From Fidelibacterota bacterium (lineage in GTDB: Bacteria; Fidelibacterota; Marinisomatia; Marinisomatales; TCS55): DNA of 23,094 nt. Shown here one piece after another: positions 18,021-23,094 of this stretch (positions within the stretch are counted from its first letter, which is position 1; every line of letters starts with the position of its first letter). The position numbers and the translations under genes were made by a program. The DNA lies in NCBI GenBank assembly GCA_046861385.1, contig JBHHTW010000034.1:1-23094 (forward strand), in the 5' to 3' direction. The notes under the pieces are model-generated. The model was not told the origin of the DNA and did no database searches. It saw nothing but the letters and a program-made list of their open reading frames with translations.

Positions 18021-18590
18021 TTGGCAAAAATAAAACGTCGGAAAAAGAACAAACTCCTATATAAATCTCGAGCAAACACTCCCAAAAAACGAAAGGACAT
18101 CCAGGGGACAATTGTTAATTCAGCTATTGTTGTGTTGTCATTGCTGGTTGTAGCATTTATCTTTTCCTTTTCAAATCGACAAATTCAAACAGGGGTTCCA
18201 ATCGAAGTGACATTTCCTGCAATTCAGGATACGCCAAAACTTGCCATGGAGATCTATGAACAAAATCCAATTTTGGATATCGAAGTCGAAGTTTTAAATG
18301 GGTGCGGAATACCCGGACTAGCAGGTAAAGTATCTGATTTCCTAAGAACAAAGCATTTGGATGTAGTCCGAGCAGAGAACGCTGATCATTATAATTATGA
18401 TCAAACATTGGTCATTTTAAGAAATGAAAATGTTGACGGACTTCAGAAAATTGCGAATCTTTTTTCCATGGATGAAAAATCAGATGCTCGTGTAAAACAC
18501 ATCCCGAATGATCAATTAGATGTTGATATTACTGTTATTTTGGGGAAAGATATCTCTCAAATCAAACCATTCTCAGAAGTTATCCAATAA
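18021..18590 (+). CDS. Membrane-anchored LytR C-terminal domain protein
   Basis: Basic N-terminus, one TM helix, 'VEVLNGCGIPGLAG' and 'DITVILGKD' LytR_C motifs. Adjacent to rsfS. TTG start. Confidence 0.85.
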   Translation: MAKIKRRKKNKLLYKSRANTPKKRKDIQGTIVNSAIVVLSLLVVAFIFSFSNRQIQTGVPIEVTFPAIQDTPKLAMEIYEQNPILDIEVEVLNGCGIPGLAGKVSDFLRTKHLDVVRAENADHYNYDQTLVILRNENVDGLQKIANLFSMDEKSDARVKHIPNDQLDVDITVILGKDISQIKPFSEVIQ

Positions 18591-18592
18591 AA

Positions 18593-18970
18593 TTGACTCC
18601 CAACCCATCTTTGACTGACGAGGCGAGTCTTCTTTCTGATTCTATCGCTAAGTTGGCATTAGAAAAAACTGCTGAAAATATTATTTCTTTGGATGTGCGA
18701 GGGATTACAAACTTCACAGATTTTTTTATTATTTGTTCTGCGGATACCGATATTCAGATAAAAGCAATTGCGGACAATATCCGTAAAAATACAAAACATA
18801 AACCGTGGAGAGTTGAAGGATATGGACAATTAAATTGGGTTTTATTAGATTACGTAGATGTGGTTGTTCATGTTTTCAAAACGAGAGAACGTGAATATTA
18901 TAATTTGGAAAGTCTTTGGGCGGACGCTCCATTAACCGAATATAAAGATGAACCTGAAAGCATATCTTGA
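18593..18970 (+). CDS. rsfS: Ribosome silencing factor RsfS (Iojap)
   Basis: 'LDVRGITNFTDFFIICS', 'QIKAIAD', 'VEG....WVLLDYVDVVVHVF', 'REYYNLESLWADA'. Confidence 0.95.
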   Translation: MTPNPSLTDEASLLSDSIAKLALEKTAENIISLDVRGITNFTDFFIICSADTDIQIKAIADNIRKNTKHKPWRVEGYGQLNWVLLDYVDVVVHVFKTREREYYNLESLWADAPLTEYKDEPESIS

Positions 18971-20576
18971 AGCGAAACTGTCTGAAGCAGCACAATTAGC
19001 CGACTTCACTCCTGATTTCATCCCAATAACATCTTCAAAAGATGAGCAGCATGGAGACTTATCTTCCAGCGTTGCTTTATCTTTGGCAAAGACCGTGAAA
19101 AAGCCTCCCATGGAAATTGCTGAGAAAATTATTGAGTATTTTGATAAAGATGATGAATTCATCGCTGATATTTTTATCTCACCGCCAGGATTTATAAACT
19201 TCAAAATTCATATTTCATATTATCAGTCCTTGGTGACCAAGATTCTAAAGGATGGGGATTCTTTTGGAAAAACGGATATTGGTTTTGGCAAAACTGCGAA
19301 TGTTGAATTTGTCAGCGCAAATCCCACAGGCCCTTTAACGGTAGGACATGGGCGACAAGCGGTATTGGGTGATACAATATCTAATATTTTAGAATGGCAC
19401 GGGTTTGATGTTACGCGTGAATACTATTTTAATAATGCAGGACGTCAGATGCGCCTCTTGGGGGCTTCCGTTGAAGCAAGGTATAAAGAATTGACCGGTG
19501 GCCGTTCTGAATTTCCTAAAGATGGTTATCAGGGCGATTATATTCGAGAGATCGCTACTGTAGTATTAAAAAATCACGGGGACGGTCTTGAAAGTGATGA
19601 TGTACTTTTTAGAAAAACAGCAGAAGAAGCCATTTTTGATAATATTAAATCTTCTCTAAATGAATTAGGCGTCATCCACGACCGATTCTCAAATGAGAAA
19701 ACATTTTACGAGACCGGCGCAATTGATCGAATCATATCTGATTTAAAGAAGAAAAATCTTATTTACGAATCAGAAGGCGCCACCTGGTTCAGAACAACCA
19801 AATTGGGGATGGGGCAAGATCGTGTAATAATCAAAAGTACCGGTGAACCAACCTACCGCCTGCCAGATATTGCATATCATATAAACAAAGTTGAGCGGGG
19901 TTATAATTTCATTATTGATATTTTCGGTTCCGATCATATGGATACGTATCCGGATGTTTTAGCAGCATTAGGTGCATTGGATTATAAAACAGATCATTTT
20001 AAAGTACTCATTCATCAGTTTGTAACATTACTAAAAAGTGGTCAAAAAGTAAAGATGTCCACCCGTAAAGCTGATTTTGTAACATTAAAAAAATTAATTG
20101 ATGATGTCGGCGTTGATGTTGTTCGATATTTTTTTATTATGCGAAATATGAACTCTCATCTAAACTTTGACTTAGATCTGGCCGCTGACCAATCGGAGAA
20201 AAACCCCGTCTTTTATTTACAATATGCCCACGCAAGAATATGCAATATCATAAAGCATGGTGAGAGTCTTGGGGTTGATCCTCACAATAATTATGATGTG
20301 TCCTTACTTATTCATAAAGCTGAATTAGAGCTCTTGAAAACAACCGATCAATTTATTGACACTATGGAGATTGCGTATAAAACGTTGGAACCGCAAGTAG
20401 TTGCAAATTATTTACAAGGCTTGGCGACTAAATTTCACAAATTCTATAGCGAGTGCAGAGTGATCAATAAAGATCAAGCATTAACTGCGGCAAGAATTGC
20501 ACTAATCAACTCTGTGAAAGTTGTTTTATCAAATGGACTAAGAGTTCTGGGGATTTCTGCACCAGAACGAATGTAA
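18948..20576 (+). CDS. argS: Arginine--tRNA ligase
   Basis: 'HGDLSS', 'PGFINF', 'VEFVSANPTGPLTVGHGR' (HIGH variant), 'KMSTRK', 'NPVFYLQYAHAR', C-terminal 'LGISAPERM'. Confidence 0.97.
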   Translation: MNLKAYLEAKLSEAAQLADFTPDFIPITSSKDEQHGDLSSSVALSLAKTVKKPPMEIAEKIIEYFDKDDEFIADIFISPPGFINFKIHISYYQSLVTKILKDGDSFGKTDIGFGKTANVEFVSANPTGPLTVGHGRQAVLGDTISNILEWHGFDVTREYYFNNAGRQMRLLGASVEARYKELTGGRSEFPKDGYQGDYIREIATVVLKNHGDGLESDDVLFRKTAEEAIFDNIKSSLNELGVIHDRFSNEKTFYETGAIDRIISDLKKKNLIYESEGATWFRTTKLGMGQDRVIIKSTGEPTYRLPDIAYHINKVERGYNFIIDIFGSDHMDTYPDVLAALGALDYKTDHFKVLIHQFVTLLKSGQKVKMSTRKADFVTLKKLIDDVGVDVVRYFFIMRNMNSHLNFDLDLAADQSEKNPVFYLQYAHARICNIIKHGESLGVDPHNNYDVSLLIHKAELELLKTTDQFIDTMEIAYKTLEPQVVANYLQGLATKFHKFYSECRVINKDQALTAARIALINSVKVVLSNGLRVLGISAPERM

Positions 20577-20577
20577 T

Positions 20578-21222
20578 ATGCTTACGATTTTCGACACCGA
20601 ATTAGATTTTTTAATATTGTGTTTATCTACTCTTTTCTCATTAGTCAATCCGTTGGGCATTACGCCCGTATTTCTGGCCATGACGGAGGGATACACAAAG
20701 GAAAACCGAGTTTTAATTGCAAAAAAAGGCATCCTAACCGGTACTGTAACGCTCATCGTGTTTGCACTTTTAGGATCAATCATATTTTCTTTTTTTGGAA
20801 TTACCATCGAAGCATTCCAGATCATGGGTGGTATTATTTTCTTCCGTAGCGGTATGCACATGCTGGATGCGAAAATAGGCCGTACTAGAACGACCGCTAA
20901 AGAACAGGCAGAGTTCATTACAGCAAATGAAATTGCTTATACTCCTGTTGGCGTTCCCCTCATAACCGGTCCCGGAGCGATCACAGGCGTTATGTTACTA
21001 TCTGCCCAAACCAATTCTACTCTTAGCTTTGGAACATTAATTATTTCAATACTGATAGTCATGATTTCAGTTCTCATCATTTTTGTTGGTGGTGAAAAAC
21101 TTAGTCGGAAAATTGGTATCACTGGGATGCGGATTATTCAGCGGATCATGGGATTAATTCTCATGGTAATTGCTGTACAATTTGTAATTAACGGTGTTAC
21201 TACTGTTTTCAGTAAAATGTAA
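20578..21222 (+). CDS. MarC family integral membrane protein
   Basis: 'LVNPLGITPVF', 'FGITIEAFQIMGG', 'PVGVPLITGPGAI', 'RIMGLIL..IAVQF..NG'. About six hydrophobic segments. Confidence 0.92.
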   Translation: MLTIFDTELDFLILCLSTLFSLVNPLGITPVFLAMTEGYTKENRVLIAKKGILTGTVTLIVFALLGSIIFSFFGITIEAFQIMGGIIFFRSGMHMLDAKIGRTRTTAKEQAEFITANEIAYTPVGVPLITGPGAITGVMLLSAQTNSTLSFGTLIISILIVMISVLIIFVGGEKLSRKIGITGMRIIQRIMGLILMVIAVQFVINGVTTVFSKM

Positions 21223-21245
21223 AAAACTACAGGTCGGGCCTTTTA

Positions 21246-22601
21246 TCAGAGAATATTTTCAGTTAATTTTTCCCGTTCTTCATCATAAAGCGTCCGACGA
21301 ATAATTGCAAACTCTCCTGGATTGTTTTCGATTAAGAATGCGCCTCTGCCAGCGCCACCGTGAATCCAATCAACGCTTTTCCCTTTATCATTTCGTAAAT
21401 CTGACGCTTGAAGTTTTTGTTTTCCATCGGGAGATATTATTTCTACCTCACTCTCAGCTCTGAGTTTATTTTTAATGTCAAACCACAGTAAACCGGTTGA
21501 AGAATCCCAAACGCAATTCATACCAACTGGTTTATGTGATCGTTCCATGGAACGGTTATCATGGTAATTTTCACCAAATTCACGAGGGTTTCTTGTGTAA
21601 AATCCGGTCGTATACCCCCGGTTGGACAACGCCATTAAATCGTTTAAATTGATTGGATCAAAAGGTTTCTCACCCGCCATGTCATCAATGGCTTTCCGAT
21701 AAGATCGTGTAGACATGGCTGCATAATAGGTTGATTTTGTTCGTCCTTCAATTTTGAAACTCATTACACCGGCATCACGTATTTCATTTAACAACTCGAC
21801 TGCACATAAGTCTTTTGCATTAAATAGGTATGTTCCGTTATCATCTTCTTCCAGAGGATACTGCTCACCCGTTCTTTCTCTCTCCTCTACAAAATATCCT
21901 TCTCTCCTGCTATTATATTGTTTACTAGAAAATAAGGATTGTTGGTTTATTTCATCCTTTAGTAAAGACTCTAAATTTTCCCCTAATTTATATTCCCATC
22001 GGCAGGAATTGGTACAAGTCCCCTGGTTGGCATCCCTGTGGTTCATATAGTTACTAATTAAACAACGACCGGAATAGGCGATACAAATGGCTCCATGAAC
22101 AAATGATTCCAGTTCAATATCGGGAACTTTTTTATGAATTTCAGAAATTTCATTTAATCGAAGTTCTCGGGATAAAATAATCCGTTTTACTCCTAAATCT
22201 TTCCAAAATTCAACCGTAGTCCAGTTGGTGGTGTTGGCTTGAGTCGAAAGATGGACTGGGATTTTTGGTATACGTTTTATCGCTTGAAGTATTAATCCCG
22301 GATCAGCCATAATCAACCCATCCGGTTCCCATTGAGCCACTTTTTCCAGTTCGCGAATGAAGCCGTCTATTTTAGTATTATGGGCATATATATTGAGCGT
22401 TAAGTAAACTTTTTTTCCTATGCTATGTGCATAGCGGATTCCTTCAATAAGGCGTTCTTCCTTAAAATCATTTTCTCTGGTTCGTAATGAGAATCGAGGT
22501 ATGCCGGCATACACAGCATCTGCGCCGTAAGCAAATGCATATTTTAGCTTTTCTAAATTTCCTGCCGGGGATAGTAACTCTGGAATCTGGCTTGTTTCCA
22601 T
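21246..22601 (-). CDS. trhP: Peptidase U32 family tRNA U34 hydroxylation protein, TrhP/YegQ-like
   Basis: 'ELLSPAG', 'YGADAVYAGIPRFSLR', 'HLSTQAN', Fe-S Cys motif 'HGAICIAYSGRCLISNY..HRDANQGTCTNSCRWEY', 'FKIEGRTKS.YY', 'RGYTTGF'. Confidence 0.85.
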   Translation of the reverse strand: METSQIPELLSPAGNLEKLKYAFAYGADAVYAGIPRFSLRTRENDFKEERLIEGIRYAHSIGKKVYLTLNIYAHNTKIDGFIRELEKVAQWEPDGLIMADPGLILQAIKRIPKIPVHLSTQANTTNWTTVEFWKDLGVKRIILSRELRLNEISEIHKKVPDIELESFVHGAICIAYSGRCLISNYMNHRDANQGTCTNSCRWEYKLGENLESLLKDEINQQSLFSSKQYNSRREGYFVEERERTGEQYPLEEDDNGTYLFNAKDLCAVELLNEIRDAGVMSFKIEGRTKSTYYAAMSTRSYRKAIDDMAGEKPFDPINLNDLMALSNRGYTTGFYTRNPREFGENYHDNRSMERSHKPVGMNCVWDSSTGLLWFDIKNKLRAESEVEIISPDGKQKLQASDLRNDKGKSVDWIHGGAGRGAFLIENNPGEFAIIRRTLYDEEREKLTENIL

Positions 22602-22652
22602 AGGTCAGAAATTAGGAATAATTTGGGGCAATTTAGATTTAAACCTGCCATA

Positions 22653-22709
22653 TCATGCACGAAAACGAGTGACATAATTCAAAGATTGGATTATATAAAC
22701 ATGATACAT
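22653..22709 (-). pseudogene. Truncated 5' fragment of the GIY-YIG gene (MYHVYIIQSLNYVTRFRA*)
   Basis: First 11 residues are identical to the 22829-23068 protein, with the same upstream GGGGAG RBS region. It diverges at codon 12 and stops at codon 19. Confidence 0.75.
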
Positions 22710-22735
22710 AATATATTCTCCCCGAGCCTGCTGCG
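22681..22735. repeat. Direct repeat copy 1 (55 bp identical to 23040-23094)
   Basis: AAAGATTGGATTATATAAACATGATACATAATATATTCTCCCCGAGCCTGCTGCG occurs at both positions, period 359 bp. Confidence 0.97.
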
Positions 22736-22828
22736 ACGTAGCTCATCTCTTATTTTATTTATATTCCCGCTTTCGTTCCGTTACTACGAAACTTCAGCGC
22801 GGTCGACTTCACTCTCTCGAGCGATTAT
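22710..22828 (-). other. Structured non-coding spacer of the GIY-YIG repeat unit
   Basis: Minus-strand hairpin CC(G)CGCT-GAA-GTTTCGT-AGTA-ACGGAAC-GAA-AGCG-GG (22766-22802), plus a degenerate inverted pair 22725-22743/22790-22808. Confidence 0.55.
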
Positions 22829-23068
22829 TTAGAGTCGTTTTTTCGCAAATGCCCGACCGGAAGGAGACTTGAGATAGCGTTCAAAATTAAGTGCCCGTTG
22901 TTTGTTATTAAACGTAATTATTGTCTTTATTTCCCATGGCTTGTATTTATTTGTATAGTTATCCTGACCATGGTTATGCGATCGAAGTCTTTTAATAACA
23001 TCCTCTGTATAACCGGTATAAAACCGATCGGGAAAATTTAAAGATTGGATTATATAAACATGATACAT
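22829..23068 (-). CDS. Minimal GIY-YIG nuclease (SLX1/UPF0213-like), 79 aa
   Basis: 'HVYIIQS...FYTGYT' GIY/YIG strands, 'KRLRSHNHG', 'YT..YKPW', 'A..FERYLKS.SGR' containing the catalytic Arg and Glu. GGGGAG SD upstream. Confidence 0.9.
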   Translation of the reverse strand: MYHVYIIQSLNFPDRFYTGYTEDVIKRLRSHNHGQDNYTNKYKPWEIKTIITFNNKQRALNFERYLKSPSGRAFAKKRL

Positions 23069-23094
23069 AATATATTCTCCCCGAGCCTGCTGCG
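23040..23094. repeat. Direct repeat copy 2, running to the window end
   Basis: Identical to 22681-22735. Cut off by the window edge, so the real repeat may be longer. Confidence 0.97.

Noticed and set aside
21223-21245. Bidirectional terminator between marC and trhP
   Set aside because: Only a 4-bp stem (AGGT/GCCT) is possible, too weak to call.
22766-22802. Hammerhead ribozyme (minus strand has CTGAA-stem-CGAAA)
   Set aside because: The core needs CUGANGA before stem II. Here only CUGAA precedes the stem, and I find no stem I/III with an NUH cleavage site. A simple hairpin with a GAA/GAA loop explains it better.
22623-22832. 69-aa + strand ORF over the repeat spacer
   Set aside because: No recognisable motif; it lies antisense to the GIY-YIG fragment and across the structured spacer.
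22681-23094. CRISPR array or prophage/island att-site duplication
   Set aside because: Only two copies, 359 bp apart. The repeat includes a gene start and RBS, and there is no cas gene, integrase or tRNA target.

Overview
AT-rich bacterial chromosomal segment. The gene set and protein styles suggest an FCB-group lineage such as Marinimicrobia (inference, not verifiable here). Left part: 3' end of a TonB-dependent receptor, a strong terminator, then a tightly packed catabolic run (class I/II aminotransferase, PcaF/PaaJ-like thiolase, family III CoA-transferase, secreted gamma-glutamyltranspeptidase, GNAT). Middle and right: mostly housekeeping (MORN-repeat protein, M20 amidohydrolase, rlmN, MoxR + DUF58, TPR lipoprotein, PfkB kinase, metallophosphoesterase, cysteine desulfurase + mnmA, LytR_C protein, rsfS, argS, MarC, trhP-like U32 protein). 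The most unusual signals are non-coding. The window ends in a 359-bp-period tandem unit made of a minimal GIY-YIG nuclease gene and a structured 119-nt spacer, followed by a truncated second gene copy. Three operon junctions carry different palindromic elements: a nested REP-like pair at 6.25-6.33 kb, a heptamer-flanked palindrome block between MoxR and DUF58, and a 160-bp rod-like hairpin after mnmA. No rRNA, tRNA, CRISPR array or transposase was recognised.
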